Assembly: GCA_005191425.1 (NCBI GenBank) | Contig: SUPR01000019.1 | Coordinates: 8,789-40,788 of the forward strand | Length of the DNA stretch: 32,000 bases | Reading direction: 5' to 3' | Origin: Candidatus Helarchaeota ASGARD archaeon Hel_GB_B | GTDB taxonomy: Archaea; Asgardarchaeota; Lokiarchaeia; Helarchaeales; HEL-GB-B | Shown here: positions 11,550-21,071 of the stretch, piece after piece | How positions within the stretch are numbered: position 1 is the first letter of the stretch | How the letters are laid out: every line of letters begins with the position of its first letter | Position numbers and translations under genes: made by a program | Notes under the pieces: model-generated | Databases searched by the model: none | What the model saw: the letters and a program-made list of their open reading frames with translations, nothing else | What the model was told of the DNA's origin: nothing

Positions 11550-11560
11550 TAAAATTCACC

Positions 11561-11589
11561 GTAATACTGTCACTTTACACAGTAATACT
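11561..11589. promoter_or_regulatory. Candidate operator upstream of the chelatase operon
   Basis: Palindrome TACTGT-N8-ACAGTA (11565-11584) with perfect 6-bp arms, overlapped by a GTAATACT direct repeat at 11561 and 11582. It lies 16-35 nt upstream of the TTG start. Confidence 0.4.
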
Positions 11590-12000
11590 CAAATGTATTT
11601 ATGAAAATATCGTTTAATTAATTGAAAACCATATTAAATAAAAATTAATTAAAAATTTTATATATTGGCATAACTCTTTAAGGTTAATTTTACTTTACAA
11701 TGAAATATGGCTATTAATTATAATAATTAAATGATTAATTGATTATATTACTATAATTTCGCTAAATATAATAAATGTTAGAACATATTTTCCTATTTAT
11801 TGCTAAAAAGTTACAAATTGAACTGAAATTTCAAAAAATCTAATAAAATACTTTGATAATTTTCTATAAACAAAATTAACTCTACAATTTGTAAATTTCA
11901 AAAGATTAATTAAAATATAATTGTTATTTTAAATCGAAAAATTAATTTAGTATAATATTTTTTATTATTTAATCAATACCAACTAAATCGACGAAATAAA

Positions 12001-13545
12001 ATGGGTATTTCAAGTCTAATTGTCCAAAAGATTATAAAATATGTTGATAAATTCATTAGAAAAGATATTGAGCGTCCACTTGAAATTCAAGAAAAGTTAT
12101 TTCATAGCATAATTAAAAGAAATACCCATACAAAATTCGGTATAGACCATAAATTTAGTGAGATCTATAATATTGAAGATTATCAGAAAAATTGTATGCC
12201 CCAAAAATATGAATATTTCAAACCTTACATTGATGAAATTTTTAAAGGAAACTTTAATTCTCTTTTTAATGCCAGATTAGTCTGTTTTGGTCAAACTCCT
12301 GGGACTACAAGTACACCCAAATTAATTCCTATTATTCATCAAACATTTTCCAGTGTATCTCTAGCACAATTACGAATTTATACTTCATATATCTTAGAGG
12401 ACCCTGCTAAAAATGCGCAATTTTTGGACGGTATTACATGCTTTTTTAGTGCATATCCTATTTTAAGAAAAATCAAAATAGGAAATCGTAGTTTCAATAT
12501 TGGCTATGGGACGGGAATTTTCTCGTATCCAATATTATATGATATTTCTCATATTTGGAAGATTCTTCTAAAAAACAAAACATTTATCCCAATTGAATTG
12601 AATATAATGACAGATCTAGACAAAAAATATCGGTATTTAACTGATGAATGCTTAAAAAGGGATATAAGGTGTTTCTCAGGGACGCCCCCAATAATTCTCA
12701 ATTATTTAGAAAAAATTTTAGATTATAGTGGAGCAAAAAAAATTATTCAACTTTTTCCAAATCTCAGTTATCTCAATTTTGGCGGTATTCCACCCCTATT
12801 TTATGAAAAACGTATTGAGCATGTAATTGGGCGTTCCATTGATTATAGAGAAATGTATGCCGCCACAGAAGGTGTTATAGGTTATCAATTAGACAAAACT
12901 CCTTCACTGCTAACCCCTGCATTTGATGCTAACTTTTTTGAGTTCATAAGTGTTGACCAACCTGATAAATGCTATACTCTTGCTGATGTTAAAAAGAATG
13001 TCAAGTATAGGGTAGTAATGACGTCATACAATGGTTTTTATAGGTATTTGATTGGCGATATAATCGAATTTAAAAAAATTGACCCTTATTTGTTCAAATT
13101 TGTTGATAGAGAAAATTCAATAAATTTAATGGATGAAAAAATGTCCGTAGACCAAATTTATCTTGCTATTCAAACGAGTGCCCAAAAATTGGATATAATT
13201 ATTAAAGAATTTTCGGTTGTAGGTGTCCAAAAAGATAATAGATATGTAATAATTATTGAATTCCTAAAAAAATCTGACTCAAAATTTTATCAGCAATTTA
13301 TACATCAATTAGATGATAATTTTTGCAAAATCAATCCTACATACAAATATTTCAGAAAAAATGTCAAGACAATCAAACCACCAATTTTATGGGTTGTAAA
13401 ACCTAACGCATTTAATGAAGTCGAGAATGAACGAATAAAAGAAGGGCAAGCTAGTCATCAATTGAAAATTTTACAAGCAAGTATGGACCTAAATATTTTA
13501 TCTGAATTTGAAAATAAAATATTACAAGTCATTACTCTGAAATAA
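12001..13545 (+). CDS. GH3 family acyl-adenylate/amido synthetase-like protein (paralog A)
   Basis: N-terminal QEKLFHSIIKRNTHTKFGIDHKF, QTPGTTSTPKLIP, FSGTP, YAATEG, FFEFI, GFYRYLIGDII. Confidence 0.85.
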   Translation: MGISSLIVQKIIKYVDKFIRKDIERPLEIQEKLFHSIIKRNTHTKFGIDHKFSEIYNIEDYQKNCMPQKYEYFKPYIDEIFKGNFNSLFNARLVCFGQTPGTTSTPKLIPIIHQTFSSVSLAQLRIYTSYILEDPAKNAQFLDGITCFFSAYPILRKIKIGNRSFNIGYGTGIFSYPILYDISHIWKILLKNKTFIPIELNIMTDLDKKYRYLTDECLKRDIRCFSGTPPIILNYLEKILDYSGAKKIIQLFPNLSYLNFGGIPPLFYEKRIEHVIGRSIDYREMYAATEGVIGYQLDKTPSLLTPAFDANFFEFISVDQPDKCYTLADVKKNVKYRVVMTSYNGFYRYLIGDIIEFKKIDPYLFKFVDRENSINLMDEKMSVDQIYLAIQTSAQKLDIIIKEFSVVGVQKDNRYVIIIEFLKKSDSKFYQQFIHQLDDNFCKINPTYKYFRKNVKTIKPPILWVVKPNAFNEVENERIKEGQASHQLKILQASMDLNILSEFENKILQVITLK

Positions 13546-13707
13546 CAAATATAGACCCATTTTCTTATTTTTAAAATCAAAAAATAACTTAAAAAAACGC
13601 GATATCTAATTATTATGCCTTATTTTTTTTAAAATAATCAATCAAAAATTTAAATAATAGGAATGGTAATATTATTATTGAATTTCTTAATTTTAGGTAG
13701 GGTTTTA

Positions 13708-16371
13708 ATGAATCCAAGAATTTTTAAATATAAGGAAAATGTTCTTTCAGCGCCTTATGAAATATGTATTGAACGACCAAAATATTATACTGAGTCCTAT
13801 AAGAAAACCGAGGGTCTCCATCCTGTATTAAGGTCTGCCATGGCTTTTAAACATTTAGTTGAGAATATGACTATTTATATTTTAGATGAAGAGATTTTAG
13901 TCGGTAATAGGACCTCAAAATTAGTGGCACCAATTATACCTATTGAACGGGGAGAGATCAACACAGTAATGAAGGTCGACTTAAACAATTTATTAAAAAG
14001 AAAATTCCAGCCCTTTCACATCGATAAAAAAGATAAAAAATTATTAATGAAGAAAATTCTCCCATATTGGAAGGGTAAAACAGTAAAAGATTTACGTACT
14101 AAATTATTAAAAGAAAATAAACTCATAATTAAACCCAGTATTGGCATAAAATCTTGGATTAAAAGATATAAGTCTATGGGCGGCTTTAATTGGCTAAAAA
14201 AATTTTATGACCTTTTAATGAAGGGCAGATTACGATATATGTTTGAAGGTCTTACTTTACTTGCTACTAATAACCCAAACTTCGTAAATAATGTATTTGA
14301 TACTCAAGGGCACCTTGTCATGGGACATAATAATTTATTAGAAATTGGCGGGTTCTCCAAAATAAAGGAAAAAGCATTAAGAAAATTAGAAGAGCTGGAA
14401 TCTTCGATAAATGAAAATAAAGACCCACCTGAAGTAATACAAAAAAGTATACCTAAAAATTATAGTTCCTTTAATAATCATATTTCCGATGACTTAAATT
14501 CAGACCTCTTAACTCCTGAACAAAAAGTTGTAGACTATATAAGTCCAGATTCTCTCTCTTTAGAAGATAAAAAGGCATTTCTTAAAGCAGTTTGTATTTG
14601 TTGTGATGCTACCAAAATTTATGCCGAACGGTTTTCAAAACTTGCAAATGAAATGGCAATGAAGGAAACGAATAAAGATAGAAAAGAAGAATTGCAAAAG
14701 ATATCTGAAGTCTGTAAACAAGTCCCATGGAATGGACCCAGAGACTTTCATGAAGCAGTCCAAATGGTCTGGTTTAACCAGGTATTAGGATATTTATCTC
14801 ATGGAATTGGTGCTATTTTTGCACTTGGCCGCCCAGACCAATATCTTTATCCGTTTTATTTAAAAGATAAAGAGAAAGGTATGCCTGACCAATATTTTCT
14901 GGACTTAATAGAAGACCTACTCATTAAAACTTCTTATAATTTATTACCTCTTCCATCTTATGCAAAAGCTACGGCTTCCGAATTAGGCGGCGATAATGTA
15001 GGAATTTGCGTTGGCGGTCTGGACAAAGATGGAAATGACGCCACTAATGAGCTCAGTTATTTGTTTATGGACGCTATTAAAGACCTTAAAAACATGACTA
15101 ATTCGTTTTCAATCCGGACTTCTTCTAAGAGTAGTCGAAAATGGTTTGATAAAATTGTAGAAGTATGTACGACTACTTCAGGCCCTGCAATTTATAATGA
15201 CGATGTAATTATCGAGGCACTCAAAAAAACCGGTCTTACGCTGGAAGATGCCAGAGATTATGGAGTAATTGGGTGCGTTGAGCCCTCCGGACAAGGTAAT
15301 ACGCATTCTTGTACTTCTGGTAATGACATTGACTTATATGGAATATTAGAGCAGGTATTCACTAATGGAATGATAAGGAGCTGGGGCAAAAGAAGTGGTT
15401 TAAAAACGGGGAATCCAAGTGATTTTAAGACTTTTAACGAATTTTATAATGCATTTTTGAAGCAATTAAAATTCTGGATCGATTTTATTGTCAAATGGGT
15501 GGATATTAAGGATTATGTATACGCAAAATATTATCCAAATCCATTTGTTTCATGCACAATGAGTGGTTGCATTGAACATGCTGCTGATATAACCCAAGGT
15601 GGTGCAAAATATAATATGTCTAGCATCTCTGGGAGAGCTTTTGGTACCACCGTGGACAGCCTTTACGTAATTAAAACAGCTGTTTATGAAAAAAATGTTA
15701 TTTCGATGGAAAAACTGTGTAAAATGCTAGCAAAAAATTTCAAGGGAAAAGAAGCCGAAATCATCAGACAAAAATTTGAAAATAAATTTCCCAAATATGG
15801 AAATGATATCGAGGACGTTGATACCCTCGCCGTAAAGTTAACGGAACATTTTTGTAAAATGGTCCGTCAAAATAGATGTATCCATACAAACGAAAATGGC
15901 GGCATTTATCGACCGGGGTTCTTTTCATATGGAATGAACGTTTCTGATGGATTCTTTCTAGGTGCAAGCCCTGATGGTAGATTGGCTGGTACGCCGGTTT
16001 CAAACAGTATGTCTCCTTCAAATAATTCTGAACGAAATGGACTAACTGCAGTGTTAAATTCTGTTTCTAAGATTGATTTTACCAACGTCAGTAATGGATA
16101 TTCTATAAATGTAAGAATCCCCACAAGCTTATTTAATAACAAGGAAAATTCCCAAAAACTTGCTCAGATTATACGTTCCTATTTTCAGCAAGGTGGAAGT
16201 CATATCCAATTTAATATAATTGACCACCACGTGTTATTAGATGCACAAAAACATCCTGAAAATTACAAGGATCTTGTTGTTAGAGTAACCGGATACGCTG
16301 CCTATTTTATAGACTTGGGAAAATACGTCCAAGATGACATTATTGCGAGATGTCAGTTCCAGATGCTATAG
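13708..16371 (+). CDS. Glycyl radical enzyme (PFL2/eliminase-like), substrate unknown
   Basis: EICIERPKYYTESYKKTEG, LGRPDQYLYPFY, GCVEP Cys loop, FPKYGND, SPDGRLAG, HIQFNII, LVVRVTGYAAYF glycyl motif. The ATG at 13708 (preceded by GGTAGGG) is preferred over 13663. Confidence 0.95.
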   Translation: MNPRIFKYKENVLSAPYEICIERPKYYTESYKKTEGLHPVLRSAMAFKHLVENMTIYILDEEILVGNRTSKLVAPIIPIERGEINTVMKVDLNNLLKRKFQPFHIDKKDKKLLMKKILPYWKGKTVKDLRTKLLKENKLIIKPSIGIKSWIKRYKSMGGFNWLKKFYDLLMKGRLRYMFEGLTLLATNNPNFVNNVFDTQGHLVMGHNNLLEIGGFSKIKEKALRKLEELESSINENKDPPEVIQKSIPKNYSSFNNHISDDLNSDLLTPEQKVVDYISPDSLSLEDKKAFLKAVCICCDATKIYAERFSKLANEMAMKETNKDRKEELQKISEVCKQVPWNGPRDFHEAVQMVWFNQVLGYLSHGIGAIFALGRPDQYLYPFYLKDKEKGMPDQYFLDLIEDLLIKTSYNLLPLPSYAKATASELGGDNVGICVGGLDKDGNDATNELSYLFMDAIKDLKNMTNSFSIRTSSKSSRKWFDKIVEVCTTTSGPAIYNDDVIIEALKKTGLTLEDARDYGVIGCVEPSGQGNTHSCTSGNDIDLYGILEQVFTNGMIRSWGKRSGLKTGNPSDFKTFNEFYNAFLKQLKFWIDFIVKWVDIKDYVYAKYYPNPFVSCTMSGCIEHAADITQGGAKYNMSSISGRAFGTTVDSLYVIKTAVYEKNVISMEKLCKMLAKNFKGKEAEIIRQKFENKFPKYGNDIEDVDTLAVKLTEHFCKMVRQNRCIHTNENGGIYRPGFFSYGMNVSDGFFLGASPDGRLAGTPVSNSMSPSNNSERNGLTAVLNSVSKIDFTNVSNGYSINVRIPTSLFNNKENSQKLAQIIRSYFQQGGSHIQFNIIDHHVLLDAQKHPENYKDLVVRVTGYAAYFIDLGKYVQDDIIARCQFQML

Positions 16372-16471
16372 ACTTTCTATGTTATAATTTCGAATTTAAC
16401 TTTTTTAATTCCATTCAAAATAAATAGTTTTTGAGTTATACATTATTTAGTAAAAATTTGAGGGTTCTAAA

Positions 16472-17455
16472 TTGTCATTCGTAAACTTAGAAGATGACGA
16501 TAAATTAAGAATTTTATTAAATTCGGCAAGTCTAGAGCAATTAAAGGAATTAATACGGGATTATAATGATGAATGCATTAAAAATAACCAAAAAGAAAAT
16601 AAAATTAAAGGATATTCCAAGTACAGAAAACTTGAACTGACCGATTTTATAATTTCTTCCTTGTCTGATGAATATAAAAAGAAACTATTACCAAAAATCG
16701 AAAAACAATACGTTCAATATCTAATTTCTGATGGGATTTTAATTTTGAAAAATCAAGATACCCGTGAAGTACTAAATAAAGTTGAACATTTCGAAGGTCT
16801 GGAAACCGGCTATTCTTTTATTTTTAAGGGTTTCAATTGGGAAACTGAAACAAAAATAATACTTGCAGATGATGGTTCAATAGATGACTTTATATGTGGC
16901 TGTAGAATTGCTCAGAACCAGGGATTATGCAGGCATTTCTTTACAGGTTTGATTTATCTTTTAAATATTGGTGAATTAGACCCAAACAATCTTGGCATTT
17001 TTTTCGAGATTGAAGATGATAAATTAAAGGAAATAAAATCATTGGAAGTTGTAATTGGAAAATCAAGACCAGGGACTGGCGTTGAAACTTTAATGCCTTT
17101 TGATAAGATTGAAACCGCTCCAGTGATCGAACAATTTGCATCTGAGGACGAAAAGCAGCGCGTTTCAATTTATGATGCAAAAATTGTTTTAATAAGCGAA
17201 AATAAGTCTACATTTCAAGACCATGTCAATATATGGTATCTTATTAAAATACAAGGTGGTGAATGCGGAAATATTGACGAAACATTACCTGATAAAGAAC
17301 CTTTCAATGAAATTAATATAAGGTGTTCAAAGAAATTGATGGAGAAAGAAAAATTAAAAGTTAATGACATAATCTCGTTTAAGGGTACCTTAAAAAGAGA
17401 TAACTTTTTTGGTCTTTTATTACAAAATATACGTAAAATTGTTAAATCAAATTAA
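16472..17455 (+). CDS. SWIM zinc finger protein with Rho-N/HeH-like N-terminus and OB-fold-like C-terminus
   Basis: FICGCRIAQNQGLCRH (CxC-x8-CxH). N-terminus LEQLKELIR...IKGYSKYRKLEL. Beta-rich C-terminus ending LKVNDIISFKGTLKRDNFFG. Confidence 0.65.
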   Translation: MSFVNLEDDDKLRILLNSASLEQLKELIRDYNDECIKNNQKENKIKGYSKYRKLELTDFIISSLSDEYKKKLLPKIEKQYVQYLISDGILILKNQDTREVLNKVEHFEGLETGYSFIFKGFNWETETKIILADDGSIDDFICGCRIAQNQGLCRHFFTGLIYLLNIGELDPNNLGIFFEIEDDKLKEIKSLEVVIGKSRPGTGVETLMPFDKIETAPVIEQFASEDEKQRVSIYDAKIVLISENKSTFQDHVNIWYLIKIQGGECGNIDETLPDKEPFNEINIRCSKKLMEKEKLKVNDIISFKGTLKRDNFFGLLLQNIRKIVKSN

Positions 17456-17605
17456 AAATTTAATTTTTAGGTCTCTAATTTTTTTGTAATTATAAATTTT
17501 TCTAATTTTCATATGATTTTTTAAGTAAAAAAGATTTTTAAATTCTATATTATGATTTACAATGAATTTGGATGAAATTAGGTTAATTAAAAGGAAGAAT
17601 AGAAA

Positions 17606-18736
17606 ATGAGCAAAAAAAAAGTGATTTTAATATCGATTTTTTCGATAATTATTGCTGTAACTATTTATGCATTAATAGATTTTATTTATCCACAATTCAA
17701 CCTAATTCCAGACTGGGTATTTCCGACTATTTATTCTTATTTAGTAGTAATTTTTTATAAGGACAACTATTATTTCTTTATCATTGCTCTTTTAGCAAAT
17801 TTCATAAGCGGAGGTATTTTTGGACTTGGTTATAATATTACAAAGCGATATCGAGTCAACGGGACAATAATTTATTTGATTGGTCTATGTGGTATTTTTC
17901 TAATAATCTTAATTTCTATTGGGTATTATGGCTTTAGTATTATTTTTGCGGACGATATTACAGTTTCCTTAAAGATCATTTTATTAGGGACATATATGCC
18001 ACTTCTGTTTATTTTTTTTTTAATATTAGAATTAATTTTTGATTCTGGCTCTTATTTAAAAGATGTAATCAAGGCAAGGCACGAATATAAAAATCTTGAT
18101 TATAGGGTAAAAAAGATAAAAGACGGAAAAGTAACTTTTATTGAAGTTTTTCGGAAAAATGAGGATTCAACAACCAAGTGTTTTTTTGAAACTGCACCTC
18201 AATTAGTCTTAGAAGAAGCACTATACAAGCTTGGTGATGGAGCAATATCAAGGTACATTAAAGCTGCAGCTACTAATATTATTCTCTTAATTGCATCCCA
18301 TTTAACTGGGTGGCATTCTGCAAAAGCTGCATTATATAGATTCCTTGGTGCTAAAATTGGCAAACATTGTTTAATTTCTCATTATAGCAGGTTTGACCCA
18401 CTTATGCCTAATAAAATCGAGATGGAAGATTATGCAGGAATTGGGATGGAAGTATTATTACTTACCCATAGTTTTATTGATAGAGAAGGTTTTATGGGAT
18501 TTAGATATGGCACTGTTAAATTATGTAAACATTGCCGTATTGGAGTTAGTGCTACAGTTTTACCCGGTGTCACAATTGGAGAAGGAGCTGTCGTAGCTGC
18601 AAATTCATTAGTAACCAAAGATATCCCTCCTTGGACAATGGTAGGCGGAGTCCCTGCAAAAGTCATCCGGAAACTTGACCGGTCAATAGCTCATGTTTTG
18701 ACCAATGAAATTGATGGTGAATTAATGGATGAATAA
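17606..18736 (+). CDS. Membrane-anchored left-handed beta-helix (hexapeptide) acyltransferase
   Basis: About 4 hydrophobic helices in the first ~145 aa, then LYRFLGAKIGK, LLTHSF, VLPGVTIGEGAVVAANSLVTKDIPPWTMVGGVPAKVIR. Confidence 0.85.
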   Translation: MSKKKVILISIFSIIIAVTIYALIDFIYPQFNLIPDWVFPTIYSYLVVIFYKDNYYFFIIALLANFISGGIFGLGYNITKRYRVNGTIIYLIGLCGIFLIILISIGYYGFSIIFADDITVSLKIILLGTYMPLLFIFFLILELIFDSGSYLKDVIKARHEYKNLDYRVKKIKDGKVTFIEVFRKNEDSTTKCFFETAPQLVLEEALYKLGDGAISRYIKAAATNIILLIASHLTGWHSAKAALYRFLGAKIGKHCLISHYSRFDPLMPNKIEMEDYAGIGMEVLLLTHSFIDREGFMGFRYGTVKLCKHCRIGVSATVLPGVTIGEGAVVAANSLVTKDIPPWTMVGGVPAKVIRKLDRSIAHVLTNEIDGELMDE

Positions 18737-18798
18737 AATGAACGTTAAATAATATAGAAAATTGAAAATAATAATTCTGCTCGTGTATTCAGGTCAAT

Positions 18799-20340
18799 GT
18801 GATGAAGTTTCTAAGTTTGATTGGAAAATCGTTTGGAAATTATCTTCTAAATTATTTTGAGGATAAAAACGAAGCACCAATTAAAACTCAGATTAAATTA
18901 TTGAGTAAAATTTTAAAATATAATTCTACTACTAATTTTGGAAAGAAACACCATTTTTCTGAAGTTAGGAGTATACGAGATTTCCAGAAAAATTGTAAAA
19001 TTATAGATTATTCTTATTTAGTTCCTTATATTCGCGCTACAATAGAGGGAAACAAAAATGCATTAACAAATTCTAAAATTTTATATTGGGCACAGACTTC
19101 CGGAACTCTTGGCGCACCGAAATTGATCCCTATAACTAAGTTTATAATTGATACTTATAGTTCATTGTCGGTTAGAATTATTTTACATTATATAAAAGAA
19201 TATCCTGAGAGGTCTGAATTTCTGGACGGTAAATGGTTTTTATTATCTAGTTACCCTTTATTAAGGTATGAAAAAGACGGAACCCCAGTCGGATTTATAA
19301 CGGGTATCATTATGCATCCATTTGGAATTTATTCATGGAAAAAATTTATCAGACCTTTTTATTATTATCCGATCAAATTTCTACAAATAAGAGATGTAGA
19401 AACTAGGTTCAAAAGGATCGCTGTTGATATTAAAAATAAAAATATTACTTACACAATGGGAGTAACTTCTGTTATAATGAACTTTTTTGAGAAAATAATT
19501 GAATATAATAATGTAAATAATTTACTGGAAATTATACCTAATTACAAATTTGCAATTTTTTCAGGAGGGGGCACAAGAAAATATATTGATAGATTTTATA
19601 AAATAGTCGGGAGGAAAATAGATGTAAGAGAAGGTTATTTTGCAACTGAAGGGAGTTTTGCTATTCAAAAATCTGATAAACCTGTAATGGAATTTGCATA
19701 CGATTCTTGTTTTTACGAATTTTTACCTGTTTCAAATAAAAATAAAGGTATTGAACGACTCATTATAGACCAGTTAGAAAAAAACAAAGAATATTCCCTC
19801 ATTATTACTTGTTATAATGGACTTTATGCTTATACTATGAATGATATTATTAAAGTAATTTCTACTGACCCCCTACAAATTCAGTTTTCTTATCGATCTG
19901 GAGTTATTGATTTAGCTGATGAAAAATTAACACCTAATGAAATAAATATGGCTGTTATGTATTCAGCAAATAAAAATAATTGCGATTTTATTGATTATTG
20001 TTTAGTCGGAGTTTATAACCCTAAACCTCATTACATATTTATTTTTGAATTTAAAGATAAAAACACTCCAAAAGATTATACGCTATTTTTGAAAGATATT
20101 GACTTAAAATTACAAGAACTTAATAATATTTATTACTTTAACATCGCAGGGCCCAATAAAGGGACTTTAACGAGTCCAGAATTGTGGGTACTTAAAAAGA
20201 ATGGCTTTATCGAAGCAAATAACAGAAAAATTAATGAATTTGATAATATTGGGCAATCCAAAATTAATCGTTATTCTACTGATAGCACTATATTGAAATA
20301 TTTTGATGATTTAATAATTTCCAAATATTATTTAGAGTAA
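18799..20340 (+). CDS. GH3 family acyl-adenylate/amido synthetase-like protein (paralog B)
   Basis: QIKLLSKILKYNSTTNFGKKHHF, QTSGTLGAPKLIP, YFATEG, FYEFLP, GLYAYTMNDII. Starts at GTG 18799 or ATG 18802. Confidence 0.85.
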   Translation: MMKFLSLIGKSFGNYLLNYFEDKNEAPIKTQIKLLSKILKYNSTTNFGKKHHFSEVRSIRDFQKNCKIIDYSYLVPYIRATIEGNKNALTNSKILYWAQTSGTLGAPKLIPITKFIIDTYSSLSVRIILHYIKEYPERSEFLDGKWFLLSSYPLLRYEKDGTPVGFITGIIMHPFGIYSWKKFIRPFYYYPIKFLQIRDVETRFKRIAVDIKNKNITYTMGVTSVIMNFFEKIIEYNNVNNLLEIIPNYKFAIFSGGGTRKYIDRFYKIVGRKIDVREGYFATEGSFAIQKSDKPVMEFAYDSCFYEFLPVSNKNKGIERLIIDQLEKNKEYSLIITCYNGLYAYTMNDIIKVISTDPLQIQFSYRSGVIDLADEKLTPNEINMAVMYSANKNNCDFIDYCLVGVYNPKPHYIFIFEFKDKNTPKDYTLFLKDIDLKLQELNNIYYFNIAGPNKGTLTSPELWVLKKNGFIEANNRKINEFDNIGQSKINRYSTDSTILKYFDDLIISKYYLE

Positions 20341-20367
20341 ATTAAATAAAAAGATGGTTTAAATAGA

Positions 20368-21051
20368 TTGAATAAAAATAAATTTGAAAAATATTATCAA
20401 AGGGAAGGTTTAAAATTTGGATTGAATGATTATTATATCGGAATTTACCAGATGTATTCATCTCATGCCTGTAGAATTTCGATTATAAAAAAATGGTTAA
20501 AACTTATTAAAACTGGAAATTTCTGTGAAGTAGGTTGTGGATTTGGTTATTTTACTCATTTTGTCGCAAAAAAAGGAATACCAAGTACTGGTATAGATAT
20601 CTCCGAAAATAAATTGAAAATAGCTCGGCGAATTGCAGAAAAAAATAAATTAAACTGTAAGTTTTATAGGATGGACGCTCAAAATTTAGATTTCAAGGGC
20701 AATTCTTTTAATTGGGTACTTAGTTCTCAAGTTTTAGAACATGTTCCTGATGATTTAAAAATGATTTCCGAATTATACAGAATTTCTAAAAAATATACTA
20801 TTCTTACTGTTCCCAAAAAAGCGTTATTCTGGGAATTATTAGATTCCAGTTCTCACATTAGAAGTTTTGATAAACCTGGACATGGGCATCTAAGAGAATA
20901 TACCACTAAAAATATTATTGAAAAAGTAAATAAGGTTGGATTTAAAGTCTTAGAGATGAAATATGCTGGTTTTATTTCCCCCCGAATTGATATTATATTT
21001 AATAAAATACCTTTTATGCAAGCAATAATATGTCTCTTGCTTAGGAAATGA
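20368..21051 (+). CDS. Class I SAM-dependent methyltransferase
   Basis: CEVGCGFG, GIDIS, MDAQNLDFKGNSFNWVLSSQVLEHVPDD, HGHLREYT. Confidence 0.88.
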   Translation: MNKNKFEKYYQREGLKFGLNDYYIGIYQMYSSHACRISIIKKWLKLIKTGNFCEVGCGFGYFTHFVAKKGIPSTGIDISENKLKIARRIAEKNKLNCKFYRMDAQNLDFKGNSFNWVLSSQVLEHVPDDLKMISELYRISKKYTILTVPKKALFWELLDSSSHIRSFDKPGHGHLREYTTKNIIEKVNKVGFKVLEMKYAGFISPRIDIIFNKIPFMQAIICLLLRK

Positions 21052-21071
21052 CCTTTTTTCCTTAATAAAAA

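Noticed and set aside
11565-11584. Match to the gammaproteobacterial LexA box CTGT-N8-ACAG
   Set aside because: The host looks archaeal, the downstream genes are not DNA repair genes, and no LexA is seen. Kept only as a generic operator candidate.
11550-12000. Cobalamin riboswitch upstream of the chelatase operon
   Set aside because: The region is extremely AT-rich, with none of the GC-rich conserved elements expected.
13663-13707. N-terminal extension of the GRE (MVILLLNFLILGRVL) as a signal peptide
   Set aside because: GREs are cytoplasmic. The ATG at 13708 has a purine-rich RBS and gives a typical N-terminus.
13708-16371. Calling the GRE pyruvate formate-lyase (pflB) or CutC
   Set aside because: It lacks the adjacent Cys-Cys pair of PFL, and the CutC specificity segments were not recognisable.
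12001-20340. Auxin or plant-hormone function for the GH3 genes
   Set aside because: The family name comes from plants. Nothing in the sequence identifies the substrate.
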